This document shows, one piece after another, positions 36,771 through 49,500 of a stretch of 64,000 nt of DNA. Origin of the DNA: Takakia lepidozioides (taxonomy: Eukaryota > Plantae > Bryophyta). Position 1 is the stretch's first letter; every line of letters begins with the position of its first letter. A model generated the notes under the pieces. It was not told the origin of the DNA, searched no databases, and saw only the letters and a program-made list of their open reading frames with translations. Position numbers and translations under genes: made by a program. Location of the stretch: assembly GCA_030704615.1 (NCBI GenBank), contig CM060734.1, forward strand, positions 51,336,001 to 51,400,000, given 5' to 3'.

Positions 36771-36984
36771 GTGTCCCCTCCCTCCCTGTACACCTTTTCT
36801 AACTAAAGTTCTATGCTTCAGTAACTGAGTGTCTCCCACTCTTCAGAGTGCATAATACTTTGCACTCCACCCTTGAGCTTCGTCTCTCATATGAGCGGTA
36901 TATAGATGCTTTTACAGTATCATCTGTCAACTCTCTCCATCATTTTTTCTGTACTCCACTGCTCTTGTTTTGAACAACAAAGCT

Positions 36985-39900
36985 CACGTGGTAGTGAGAA
37001 CATCTCTAGGGCTTGGAAACGGTTTAGATGTTGATGTGCACTGCTCCTGCAAGTCCTTTAGTGCTTTCTCATCCTGCATAATGCAAATGCCACACCCTAA
37101 GCTTAAGAGTCATGAATGTACAATATCTTCAAAACATATTGAAATCCTAACACAGTTCAGGACTGCGAGCCTTCAACCCTTCTATTCTTTAAGGTGGCCG
37201 TCATTGACAGACTGTATCACATTGTCACAAGACTCCACTAATTCGCTGAGGCGAAGTCAAGTGGTAGACATATACCGGGCGAAGCTTTGTTTTTATTCTT
37301 GGCTATGGTTTTTTTTTTCCTCTCTCATATTTTCCTCCATTTTGTTCCATAAGCTCTATGAGCTTTCCGTGGACGTTATAAAGCACCATTTCACTTCATT
37401 TCTACTGCTAGTTCTAGTTTTCAAGACAACCTTATAGATCTTGTTTTTCTGGTGGGGTTGTTGGTTTGTCTCGAGCTACATCCTTCTGGATGATAGTGGG
37501 CACAACTGCTGCCTAGCATGGGATTTGTACACCACATTCATGATCACAGAGAGTTTGTAACGTCATCTCTTCATACGATCTCTTGCATCTACACTCAATA
37601 TGCTGCCATTGGGTGGCGCTACTTCACAAGTGAGAAAAGTCATGGTATTACAACAAAATTGAGTGGAATTTGGATGACATGGCAGTGTGGGGGCAGTATT
37701 GATTGTGATATCCAGAATGCACAGTAAGTACCTCAAGGACGCGACACTGAGAGCGGTGAAGAATTTTGTCAACGTCTTGTTGCAGCTTCTCACAGGTGCT
37801 CACCAGAATGGACTTCACAACAGAACCTATACAAGATATTTTCAAGAAAATCAGAAAATCACATCAGTTCTATTGGCAGGCCTAACTTCTATTAATGCTT
37901 CAAGATTGTAAGCCCGTTCTAGTGACTACCCTCAGGATTTTGTTTGGTTTCAAGTGAGTCAGACTCCAAGCATTTGACACTACGTAGCCTTGTACTAAGA
38001 TAATCAGCAAAGAAGAGATGCACAATGCCATTGTATAAAGGGTTTGCTGACTAAGGACAGATTGAGATCAATCTGAGCTGAATTTCATCGTTGAGTCAAC
38101 GGCCATCACTGATCAGAGTGAAAGATCTTCGTCTGAACTGATTTGCACTTTCCCGCTCCAACCCTTATCAAGACAATGGATCTGTAACCATTGTAAGGGA
38201 GTGGTCACTAGAAGGTATTTCAACAAACTGTGGGCTCATCATGTTGTTGTCAAACAGTCCTGCAGTAAAACTCTCCAAAAATACAATCTCAGGCTATCAT
38301 TAGAAGAATATGGAGTGAGAGGCACAACGAGAACGAGAAGTGAATGCTGGAAATTCGGTATAACCTCTGTCATGTATGTCATCATCCACATATAGGCCAA
38401 GAAATCTCTTGAACTCCTTGTCTTTGTCTGCTCCGACTTCTCCAACCCCTTTGCTGATCTCATCACTAACGATCAAAGGATTCTCTCGAAAAAGTGCTGT
38501 TGATAACGGTTTTGTCAATGTCTTCTGGAGAGCTGCCACGAAGGCATTATCATGGGCACTCTCCCAAGCTTTCTGAAATTCGCTTGCCTCTGTGCCGTGC
38601 AGATCATTTGTTGGTTCCTCCAGGTCTTCTGAGCTTGGATTAAGTGTCCTGGGTGTGCAAAGTATTAATGTCATCAACAGTGGTAAGTCCATGCTAGAGG
38701 TTCAGCTTGATACTTTTACCTCTTTAAAGCAGAGTATCCCATTCACCAGTGACTCAGATGCATGAAAAGCCTAGTCTCAAGCATCAGACCGCAAGGATTA
38801 TATTTGGAGAACAAACTTATTCAAAGGGGTCAATTTTGAAGATGGCACTCTGTGAATTTTTTGAAGCTCAACAATGAAAGGGTCCACAGACCTATTTGCG
38901 TCTTGGTGGCTGTTGTCTACAACAGTTGCGGAGTCCTGGGCTGCTAATTTGTTGTTTGTAAATGTAACCCCATTAAATCCTCCTTTGAAGTTTGTACAAG
39001 CTATGCCACTGGCATTGTCTCTTCCATGATCTGTAAGGGATACCTCATCCAGCTTCCCTTCATCATCATCCTCCTTGTCATCAAACTCTTCTTCATTGTT
39101 TGTGAGAGCCACCCCGTTGAGCTCCTTGAGATCAGGTAAAGTTGACTCCAGTATTCGATGAAGTCTTTTTTGTGACAGGCAACAAGGATTGTCCAAAACA
39201 TTGAGGAAACTGAGTGACTTTGGAAGCTCCTGTTCTGTCAACCATAGCATCCCCAGGTTTTGCATTGCAGAATGTACCAGATGTAAAATTGTTGGGGCTA
39301 AAGACTAACGTTTGGGTGCAAATGTCACTTCCAGTCTTTGTACCTTGTTCTCTCTCTCTCAACTACATGCTTCAGCCTCGGCTTGGATAATATGGCTAAT
39401 GGTTCCATCTCGAGACTTGATGACAGAAGTACTTTGAAGGTTGCAATGCCCAAAAATGCTACAAATAGAGTTTCACATCAATTCAATCTTGAAAAGAAGT
39501 TCGTCCCTTGACTGGCTGGAGAGCGGTCTTAAACATTGGTGCACTTTGGTACAATTCTGCCACCAGAAGTTTTTGCCTTGTATATTCCTAAGGAATTTTT
39601 AGAGTGTCTTGAATCCAATATCCTCTTCTCATAAATGGTACTTAAGAACTGAATACTGCAAAATCTATATCAAGCATGTGCTTACCTGTGAACAATCTCA
39701 GTTGAGACCAAGAGTATCTTTTACTGCCTGTAGTTCCAGTTGTTCATAACATAAGATATATTATAATTCTAACTGATATATAGAGTGCTTACCGGCGTTA
39801 ATGTGATCAATGCAATTATTAGATGCATCGAGGAACATAAGTTTCGGGAGAGATTGCAACCCCTCAAGAACAGATATCTGGTTTCCAGCGACAGTCAAGA

Positions 39901-40674
39901 ACTGGAGGTGTTGTGCCTCTTCCAAAGCTCTCAAAGTCTTAAGTTGATTCTGCAACATTGGACACATGAAAATACTTGTGATGTTCCCTAAGAACTGCAA
40001 TCCATTTGAAGTTTCAATGACAAGTACACCACATCTCCCAGTTACATGCATTGCAAGATGGATGTGGGGTAGTGAAAAAAGGAGGTAGCACTAGTATGTC
40101 AAGGCTACCAGTTGGACTGCTGAACATGTAGAATACAGACACTGATTGGAAGGGGGAAAATGCGTTGGCACTTTCAACCTTGTGTGGACAATGACACACG
40201 AGCTTACCTCAAACATGCAAATGTACAGGTGAGTGCATCCTGCAGTTTAGCAACGTCTTAGAGAAAGAAGTGCACCTGTTGCAGATACAGATTGGTTAAG
40301 TTGGGAAGATAGAGAAAGAGGGCAGGCTCCAGAGAAGCAATGTGCTCCCTATCCAGCCTTACATGAGACAACTTTTGCAGTTCTTGCTTTCTGAAAGAGG
40401 AAAATGACATTATGAGTAGTCCTGTTTGATTGCTTACTGCGCTCTTATCATTTTAGGCACAAACTCACAGCATCGATCTGAACAAGATATTTAATGTGTA
40501 GGAAACCATTTGCATGCTGAAATTGAAGGAAGTTGGACATCACATGGAGTGGGCTGATGCGTCATCGAGAAACAGAGGCGACAAATTTCTTTCTGCTACA
40601 ATTGCCGCAATATCGGCTACTGTTCCCTCGCAGTATTGAGGTGCGATGGCGGTTCCCGTCATTGCTACAATCAT
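36985..40674 (-). CDS. LRRC46: LRRC46-like leucine-rich repeat protein (cilium/sperm associated), multi-exon; 3' exons uncertain
   Basis: Exons 40674-40544 (DIAAIVAERNLSPL), 40390-40276 (LSHVRLDREHIASLE...LPNLTNLYLQQ), 39949-39793 (NQLKTLRALE..LQFLTVAGNQI..LMFLDASNNCI) and 39234 onward (ELPKSLSFLNVLDNPC..LPDLKELNG plus an acidic tract) follow the LRRC46 pattern. Probable later exons lie near 38650-38330, 37795-37730 and 37075-36985. Confidence 0.7.
37317..37402 (+). mobile_element. Short 3'-end copy of the LINE at 46546-51277
   Basis: ttcctctctcatattttcctccattttgttccataagctctatgagctttccgtggacgttataaagcaccatttcacttcatttc matches the reverse complement of ~46550-46638, including the TTTCA tail. 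Confidence 0.85.
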
Positions 40675-41739
40675 CACGCCAGGGTACAGGCTTCTTTACG
40701 TGTCCCTCTACAAATGCTTTCGCAATGACATAATTGAGTATGAACACATTTGACTCTGCAAGTGTTGAAAACGCACGTCTAGGCAGTTTAGCAAACGAAA
40801 CCACTGCAAGCGATGCATTTACATATGAATTTCCAGCATAGTCCAACCGTTTCTTTGCCCTCCTCTCTTGTCTATTCAGCGTCAGTTATATATATCTAGC
40901 CGATATTGGATCTTCCCGCCTCTCATGGCTATGTCTAGGAATCAGCAGAGGACACAACGTCAGTCTGCTCGGTAGATGGACAACACGTTTTCTTGTTTCT
41001 TGCAAGGCTCGTTGCCAGAGGGTTGTCATGTTTCTTCTGTGCGATACATGTAAATGAATATGTAGTTGATGTAGGCGCTGACGAAACGGTTCTCAGTCAG
41101 GAATGAAGATGGTGCAAAGGTGATTGGATTCAACCTGAACAGCAGAAACCCTAACTACCACAATCCCTCTACCTACATGTTATCCCCTCCATCAAAAACG
41201 CTACTTAGCAAAGTTTCCAAGAGCCTTTCCGTTCCACAAGGTGCTCTCAAACACAGTAACATCAATCTCCACTAACAATCTGCTACCTTGCACAAACAGA
41301 ATCATCTCTCTCCATTTTCTCCCTCCCTCAAAAACACTGCTGTGTCAGAAGTCAAAAGGAAGGCGTGATGGCATTCAAAGATGGCCACTGTGAAGTTGGT
41401 TATAACAAACAAAACGCCCCCAAGTTTAGCAGAATCTTTAGCGAAAGGTAAGTAACAAGGCATGCCACACACTTAGGCCCGCCACTAAATGTAGCTGAGA
41501 AACAGATTAATAGAAATTTTTATTTGGTTTACCTTTGGCCTATCTGAAACATTTATTTTTATTTTATTATTTATGTATTTATTTTTCCCCCACAACTAGC
41601 CCAGTCAAAGACGGTGATATCCATGGTATTTGTTTTGGTATTAGATATTATAATTATATTATTATTGCGGAAACGGATGGAACCCTTGGCAGAATGCTGT
41701 TACTCGTTTGACTCGACACTCTGTTTGTTGCTGTGCGAT

Positions 41740-44157
41740 CTAGGGAGTGGCGATCCAAGATGGTTCGAAGGTGCCTGGGATCAGATCGCTTAAGCTACTG
41801 TTAGGGTTGTCTGAGAAATCATCAGTGGTAGGGAAAGTTGCGAGGGTCCATTCTCCAGTCTGCAATTCGTAAAGGGCAACGCGAGGATGATTAGTATTGA
41901 TTTTGAACGCAACGAATCTGTCACTGCCCGCTACAGCGAATCTATGGAGAGTGTGAACATTGTTCTTACTCCGGGGTTGATGAAACAGTGTATTGAAAAG
42001 GTCAGGTGGCATAGTGAAGTGGGGGATCAGGGGGAGGAAGTAGCCGGTAGGAGCTCCATCTGGGTGGAGAAAAACCTCCACCATGTAAAGCGGATGATCA
42101 ACCTGCGTAGTATAATTAGGGGGCTTGCGCGTGATAGCATATAGTTTGGACCGGGGCCCCGCTCGGATCATCGTTGGGGGTTGAACCGTCTTAATTCTCT
42201 GACCAAGAACAACAATTTTGAGATCTATGACAAGTTTTTGTGGGCGTTCTTCGCTGCAGTTGAAGTAGAATATAGCGGGCACAAGAGTATCAAATTTCTT
42301 CATTGGGGCTGGGATGACTCTGAAGCCTCCAAAGTAGATTTGTTTATCCACTACAGCACATGAAGCTATTGGCATGGTTTTACCACTTTGGTGTACTGGT
42401 GCTCTCGCGTTCAAGATACTATCAGAATGGAGCCACCGTCCCAGTCGTGAGGAGTAGATTGCGATTGCGATCTCCTGTGTGGGTCTTAGAGGGAATGCGG
42501 AACCTAGACTGGCGTGTGCAGCCAGGGATTCTGGAGTGAACGGAAGTGTTACCTCTCCCGCCACGATCACTCGGTATGTGGTGCGTGTTGCATCATCGAA
42601 ACTAAAGCATCCCGCCATATGTTTCAACGCTTTGTGAGGTATGGGCGGCAAAAATTCGTAGTCTGTTGTCAGTGGGTTGCAAACGAATAAGATTGATTGG
42701 CCCCGAGCTGATTGATATTCTTCTTGGGCCCAGTATTGTTGATACGGAACCTCAACAACTTCCGTTCCGGTTGTCCTGATTCTATTTTTCTCAATTGGTT
42801 GCTCCCCACCCTCAAACATGAGGAGGCCCGCACTCGCTGCAATAACGCGGGTCAGGATGGTTGGAACATTGACGACTCGTGGCATACTTAACCAAGCCTC
42901 TGACCAATCCCTAGTTATGCTCGAATATTCTTGTTTGAATACAACAACAGTTCTCGATACATTTCCTATAATCGCCGGGAAATACCCTTTATACCTCCTC
43001 TGTTCTGGGTCGTCAAACATAGTGGGTGTCCAAGCATCGAATTTCAAGTTGGCAAATGGGTTCATTAGATAGAACCTGGGTGGGTTCATCTTGCTCCAAG
43101 CGACCTCCAAGGAATCTATCGGAAAGGTTGCCATACACAGGGCCACTATTTGTGGTTCCAACTCATGTGGCAGGAGTGCTATATCTTGCTGTATCTTATC
43201 ATATATAATACTCAGGTTCTCAAAATCAATGGGCGGTTCCGACTCATGTACTGACCTTGTGGGACTAGAACCTCTTCCAGGGCTGAGTCTGGCAGGGGAC
43301 CATGTAACCTGGTTGGACGTGCCTGAATGGCTCGGGGATACGGGAGAAAAACCAGATTCCGGTGTTTTAAGTCTTTTGGCTGGCCGAGCAGAGTCGGCCT
43401 CATCGTCAGAAAGCTGGTCTAGCGCTTCGTTGAGGGCTCTGTCCAGCTCACTATTATAACTTTCGGGTTTCTGAGAGGCCACAGCTGCATGTTGCCCAGA
43501 AGTGCTAGCAGGTGACGTTGGGATCCCAATATTAGTCGGGTAGGCAGCTGGTACTGATGCGGTTGGTTCGTCATTTAGCATGAACGTCGATCCTGATGGC
43601 AGTGGTTGGTGGAAGGTCTCTGCTGCATCAGCTCCGAGGAAATTAGTGTGTGGAGCATTAGCAATGTAGTGGGTAGCTGCAGAATCTGAAATACGGGCTT
43701 CATCGAAATTCAAGTAATTAGTAGAGTCCTCCAGAAATCTCCAAGTTTGGTCAGCCATTAAATCAGGACCGGTGTTCGGGCCCAAAGACTCTAATTCAAG
43801 CTCAATATCTAACAAGCCAAGGCCCTGGTCGTCCCCGACAAAGTTCCAATCTTGCTCACCCCATAAACCAGGCGTATCAACGATGTCCCCCAAAGACCCT
43901 AGTGCTTGCTCATTTAACAAACCAGGGTGCTCGCCATCCCGACGTGAGGTCTCGAAATCTATCCCGGCCAACCAATCGACGTCGCGGGGGGGGCTGTTTG
44001 TAAACTCATTAGTCTCGAGCCATCTTTGTGGAGATGGTTCTCCTGGGTAATCTGCAGTTGGCTGGCGAGGTGCATTTGAACCACCGTCCCTCGCTTGGCT
44101 AGTTTCTAGCTGATCAGTGCCCAACAAGTCGACGAAATTGTACTGTGGAGTACCCAT
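41740..44157 (-). CDS. Uncharacterised 805-aa protein: acidic disordered N-terminus, degenerate F-box-like segment, F-box-associated beta-propeller-like domain (paralogue A)
   Basis: Intact single-exon ORF. LPHELEPQIVALCMATFPIDSL is weakly F-box-like. IAASAGLLMF, LFVCNPLTTDYEFLPPIP, YRVIVAG and IYSSRLGRW are typical of plant F-box C-terminal domains. Collinear with 55055-58009. Confidence 0.75.
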   Translation of the reverse strand: MGTPQYNFVDLLGTDQLETSQARDGGSNAPRQPTADYPGEPSPQRWLETNEFTNSPPRDVDWLAGIDFETSRRDGEHPGLLNEQALGSLGDIVDTPGLWGEQDWNFVGDDQGLGLLDIELELESLGPNTGPDLMADQTWRFLEDSTNYLNFDEARISDSAATHYIANAPHTNFLGADAAETFHQPLPSGSTFMLNDEPTASVPAAYPTNIGIPTSPASTSGQHAAVASQKPESYNSELDRALNEALDQLSDDEADSARPAKRLKTPESGFSPVSPSHSGTSNQVTWSPARLSPGRGSSPTRSVHESEPPIDFENLSIIYDKIQQDIALLPHELEPQIVALCMATFPIDSLEVAWSKMNPPRFYLMNPFANLKFDAWTPTMFDDPEQRRYKGYFPAIIGNVSRTVVVFKQEYSSITRDWSEAWLSMPRVVNVPTILTRVIAASAGLLMFEGGEQPIEKNRIRTTGTEVVEVPYQQYWAQEEYQSARGQSILFVCNPLTTDYEFLPPIPHKALKHMAGCFSFDDATRTTYRVIVAGEVTLPFTPESLAAHASLGSAFPLRPTQEIAIAIYSSRLGRWLHSDSILNARAPVHQSGKTMPIASCAVVDKQIYFGGFRVIPAPMKKFDTLVPAIFYFNCSEERPQKLVIDLKIVVLGQRIKTVQPPTMIRAGPRSKLYAITRKPPNYTTQVDHPLYMVEVFLHPDGAPTGYFLPLIPHFTMPPDLFNTLFHQPRSKNNVHTLHRFAVAGSDRFVAFKINTNHPRVALYELQTGEWTLATFPTTDDFSDNPNSSLSDLIPGTFEPSWIATP

Positions 44158-46545
44158 GTTGAAAGACCACTAGTCGATGGAGCCGGTTCGTATTTATGCT
44201 CCTCTCGGAAGCTAGTTAATTGATCAGGACTAATTGGGTTCCACGGATCCAAGTCAATGACTACCCGGGCATTATCTCTCATGGAGATGCCTACGAAATT
44301 TCTCTCGTTTCAGATTCAAGCTAGATTTCAAAGCTCATGAGTTGGGTTGCGATTGAACTATTCTAGTCTTGGCTATCTAGATCCTGTTCCAGGACTTTTC
44401 TTGCTTTCTGATGATCTGGTATTATCTGAACGACAGCATTACCTGTAAACTTAACTCCAGACAAGGCGCCGACCTTCCTAAAAGGCGGTAGACCCTTTCC
44501 CCATGCTGAAGACAACATTAATTAATTAATTTATGCAGGTTGCAATTTTGGCAGGAGTCAACCTCTACACTGATTGTAACTTCAATACAGTTGATGTCCA
44601 ATCAATATGTACACTAGTGCAGGCGAGCTAGTTCGCGCATATTTGAGCTCAGCTAGCGCTCAGCTCACACCTGTGGTTGGGCTCCTTTGTGCATTGAGCA
44701 CTTTTTGATCAAAACCTATGTGTGCTGTAGAAAGGTGAAGACCGGCAGGCTAGAGTAGTTTGAGTCGGCCGGTTCCTTACATGTCAACCGGAGGTCAATT
44801 AAAGTTCAAAACATGAACTGGTCTGGCTTTTCTTGGACTTCAGACATCCAGGATGGATGCAGCCGAAACACTACCACAGGGGCTTGAACAGATATCAATC
44901 TTTCCAGTAATTCCACGGATGTTATATTTAGTTTGAGTTTTTCGGTCCTCTAATTATCGTGACCATTTTTGTGTCCATGGATGCATAAAAATTTGCTTCA
45001 GCTAGGGGAAGGCGACTTCATTACGCTTATATGACTTGCGTTTGAATTCTCGCAACACAGTTTCCCAAAACTCACGGTTTGAGCTGGATCGGAGCAGTTA
45101 CACTCTGTATTTAAGAATCGTGTAACATCTGCTGCTCTATCTGTTGGTTTATCTGCTAATTGCAAGGGATTATTTCTTTATGCTGTTTTCAGGTCCATCG
45201 CATAGAAACTTTCAAGTTTCCACCTATTGCTATTCATCCAAGTCCTGCTCTAAGTCTGCCTGCCTACACCATTCCTTGGGAGCACTGTTTGCATGAACGA
45301 CTTATAAACTGGGAGCTGTTTGTGGTTGAAATAACTGTATTTACTTATCTACATCATACCCCTCAGAAAAATTTCACGGAGTTCCGTCTCTCACCGTGTG
45401 CCACAGTAGTTTGATCGTTCGGTTTTGTCACCCAGGGTTACGTTATAAATTTCTTCCTTTCAGCTCTCTCCCTCTGCCAGCCCTGATCAGGAATGAAACG
45501 TGTATGTGAGAACAACATCAATCCTCAAGATCATGTGATCGAGATATTCTCTCAACAAAGCATGATTCAAGTCTTGCAATCTTATGAAGAGTTAGAGGCT
45601 GGAAAGAATCTGAAAGCTGAACTAGATGACATTGAGGAGAACATGAAGAGGTGGATTAAGGATCAAGTGTCCACGAAGAGGTTTATTCGAAAGGGTAGAT
45701 AGTACCGTTAAAAATGTCCCATCCATTCGTTTGAGCAAGTTGGATGAATGAGATTGTCTCAAATGTGCTCCTTTGCGTTAACAACTCACAGTAGATTCAA
45801 ATTCTCTCTGGATTGATATTATTTTTCGAAGCCAACCTGGGATGAAGGTGATTTCAGTGTGATCGACAGTCCAGGGTCTTTACATGCAGACTGCCTTCTT
45901 TAGATCACTGATACCGGTCCCTTCATTAAAGGGAACAACGATCGTCCCAAAAGGTTGGAGGTGAACATTCTCGAATTGCTCCTCGAAAGGCACTAAGCTG
46001 TTGATAAGTTATAACTTAGCTTGCATGCATTTGCAATCTGAATGTTAATGCACCATGAATAGTCCATAGCTAGCGAGCCTATGTTATCGCTGTGTTTCCT
46101 AGCTTCGTTCGTCCGCTAGTTGAAGGATCATTATGATGTTCCGTCAACGGGCCAAGGTGATGTTGACGTAGACACGCATAAAGAAGCGTTTAATCGGTAA
46201 TCTTGGCTCATAGACCCTAATTTCGCTCGTGCATTCGCCTGCCAGATAAGCTTGTTGTACATGATGCTATCGAGTCGATCAGAAGTCATTCCCTTCCAAG
46301 TTCTTGTGGTGGGATCAATCGAGGGTTGCCCTTGTGATCATCTCTACCGCATCGAAATCTTGAAACAAGCAATATTTGAAGTGGTAGCAAAGTGAGCAGA
46401 AAGAAGAAGAGAAGACAATATACATGATATGAAGAGGACGTATGAGAAGGAGCTGGCACGAAGAGGTGTGATTGAAGCGGTGATAGTCCAGCATTTGAAC
46501 TAGTGTCAACTAGCTCACAGTCAACATCCATAAATGTATTCGTGT

Positions 46546-49500
46546 AATGAAATGAAATGAAATGAAATGGTGCTTTATAACGTCCGCGGAAAGCTCGTAG
46601 AGCTTATGGGACAAAATGGAAGAAAACATGAGAGAGGAACAAATCCAGAAACCACAATTAATGTTCTAGCGATTGTCTAAGGGTGAAGGCCTCGTGTAGG
46701 TAGGCTGCCACGTATTTTTTATCCTCATAGTGAAAGACATCAGTGAGAGTTTGGGTTCCACTGAATAAACAGTGAAATCTCCCACGGATCTCGTAGTTTA
46801 GAGGGCAGTAGAAGAAGAAGTGTTCTTCAGTTTCAATTTCCTTGCTGCGCCCTATGCAAGCTGGACATAGGCGGTCCTCCCGTTGCAGGTTTTCCCATCT
46901 GCCAGTCTCTATCCGTAGGTTGTGGGAACCCACCCTGAACCGCCCCAATGCCCTCAAGAGGGAAGGAGATAAGGGTGCTGAAAGGTAATTTGGTCTCAAG
47001 ATTCTATCATCGCGGAGCACCAAGAATGTCTCTCGATAGAAGTGGAGCTTTGTCGTGAGATTGGGTAGCATCCAAGTTCTCTTGACATGTAATTCCATAA
47101 GCTCTCTCCGAATGAGTCTGTTGCGGTCATGTCTGGATGTGATGTCCACCTCATCTGGGTTCATTGGTAATAGGAAAGCAGTAGAAAGTCCGTTACGATT
47201 GAAATAAACTGTCCACTCGAGCATACCAGGAGTTCCTGAAACCTGCAACTTTGAGCCTCATAGATGTTGTGAGGGCCCTTGCCACTAGCCCTTTGGGTGG
47301 AAGGGCTTGCAATCTATGGAGAAAGATTGTAAGCCTGAAGAGGGCCTCGGATTGCAATGGTACACATGCGAACTCTGCACCTACGATCTGACATGGAGTT
47401 GTGCTCCTGGCGCCAAGCATTGCTTGGAGAAAAGATGACTGTAATGGTTCCAAATTCTTTTCCCACCGGGAGACAGGGACACCAGGTGCCCAGAACTCAC
47501 AACCATAGATGGTAGCAGGGCTGACGACGGTGTCAAACAGCCACTTTTTGGTCGGGGGATGCCGCAGATGTATTTGCTTGCATTTGGCCTGAAGGCGGAC
47601 GGAGGCCGCCTTACCTTTAGTCAACCTGTCCAAGGCAGTGGCTGCAAAGTGAAACTTGGGGGAGTGGATAACCAGACCTAGGTACCGGTATGATTTCACA
47701 ATCTCAATTTCCTGCTGGTTGAAGATGAATCTACGATCAGCCTGGCCATTGAAGACCATGATCTTGGTCTTGCTAAGATTGACCTGCATCCCATAGTCTT
47801 TGTAGAACTGTTCCAAAATTTTGAGATGGCGTTGCAGAAAGACCGGGGAACATCATCAAAAGGGCAACATCATCAGCATAGAGGAGATCTGATTGGGTTG
47901 GTCCCCCATCCAATGGGACCCCAACCCCATGGTTTTTTGATATGTAATTCTCCAAGGCGTCAATGTAGATTCCGAACAGGGTAGGTGAAAGGGGACAGCC
48001 CTGTTTGACTCCAATGTTGCTGTGGATCTCGGCTGAGAATTCACCAGCGACGTTGACCATGCCAGTGACAATCTCATACATAGAAGAGATGGCACAAAGG
48101 ATGTCTGGAGGGACTTCCACTCTATGGAGCCGTTGGAAGAGAAGATCCCGAGGAACTGAATCAAAGGCTTTGTGAAAGTCCACGAAGCAAACATAGACCA
48201 TTCTTTTGTCATAGCGTGCACTTTCCACCATAACTTGAAGAGTGAGGATGTGGTCAATAGTGGATCGGTTTCGACGGAAACCAGCCTATCCCTCAGCACG
48301 AATGCGAGAGTACTTAGCCCAATCATCAAGTTCCATGGCCACTACTGCCCCAAACAGTTTAGCAAGTAATGAGGACACCACGATAGTATGATAGTTTGTC
48401 GGTGCGAGCCTGTCACCGCTCTTAAAAAGTGGGTGGATGATGCTCTTTGTCCACTCTGTTGGAAAGCCCCGTTGCACCACCTCATTGAAGAGGTTAGCTA
48501 TAAAAGGGGCTAAAGTAGGTGCAGCATGCTTGATGAATTCACTCTGAAGTCCTGAAATGTCCACCGCTATGCCATTTTGCAGCTTCTTGATTGCCTTACT
48601 GACATTGGCTGTAGTAAAAAGAGAGAAGTGAAGGGGTTTAGAGGTTATAGGAGAAGGAGTTTGGGTTGGGAAATGGTACAAAGACTGTGCATACTCATGC
48701 CAGACATGAATGTCAGTGATTGGGGGGAGATCTCTATGAGGTTTAAGGAGGGACCAAAAAGATCGAGGAGAAAATCTGATTTTAGCAAGGAAAGAAGATT
48801 GCAACTTGATAGTGTAGGCTTGCTTGGATCTAATGAGGGACTTATAGTGCTTAAGAGCAAGTTTAGTGGACTCTGGAGAAGAATTGGTATCAAGTAGTAA
48901 AAATTTGATGCGACGTCTAGCAGTCTTGCATTCCTCATCATAAAATGGTGCGTAACGACGAGTGGAGAAGGGTGAGGAGGTAGATGGAAGGGTGACGGGA
49001 AAGGATCGCAGGGCTGAGTCCCAAAGGGCTTGAGTAAGATATGTAGCATTGTCATTAGGAGATGATAGATGTAGAATGGAAGGGAGGGTTAACGCTAGGT
49101 ATGTTTCATACTCGGTGTCATGTAAGTGAGAGAAAGGGGTATTAAAGTGGATACGTGGGTGTAAGGGAAGAGACACAGAAGGGATCCTCACGGGGAGGGA
49201 GATGGAAGGAAAGGCAAAGGAAAGGCAAGAGTGATCAGAATCCGGGTACCTCGTGATGTAAAAGGAGCTTATTCTATCAGGCTTGTTGGGGCTCCCCAAG
49301 AGATAGTCAACCACGCTTTGGCCCTTGTACGTGTGGCGAGTGAACTGGCTGGAAGATTTGAAGTTGGTTGTTCCATTGTAAATGGACAGCCCCTGAGTTT
49401 CACAAAACTTGAGTTGATGGTGACCGTAACTTGTGATTTCGTAAGAGGAATCTGCACTTTGCCTCTCCAATTCCGAATGCGAGCGTTGGATGTGTAGAGG

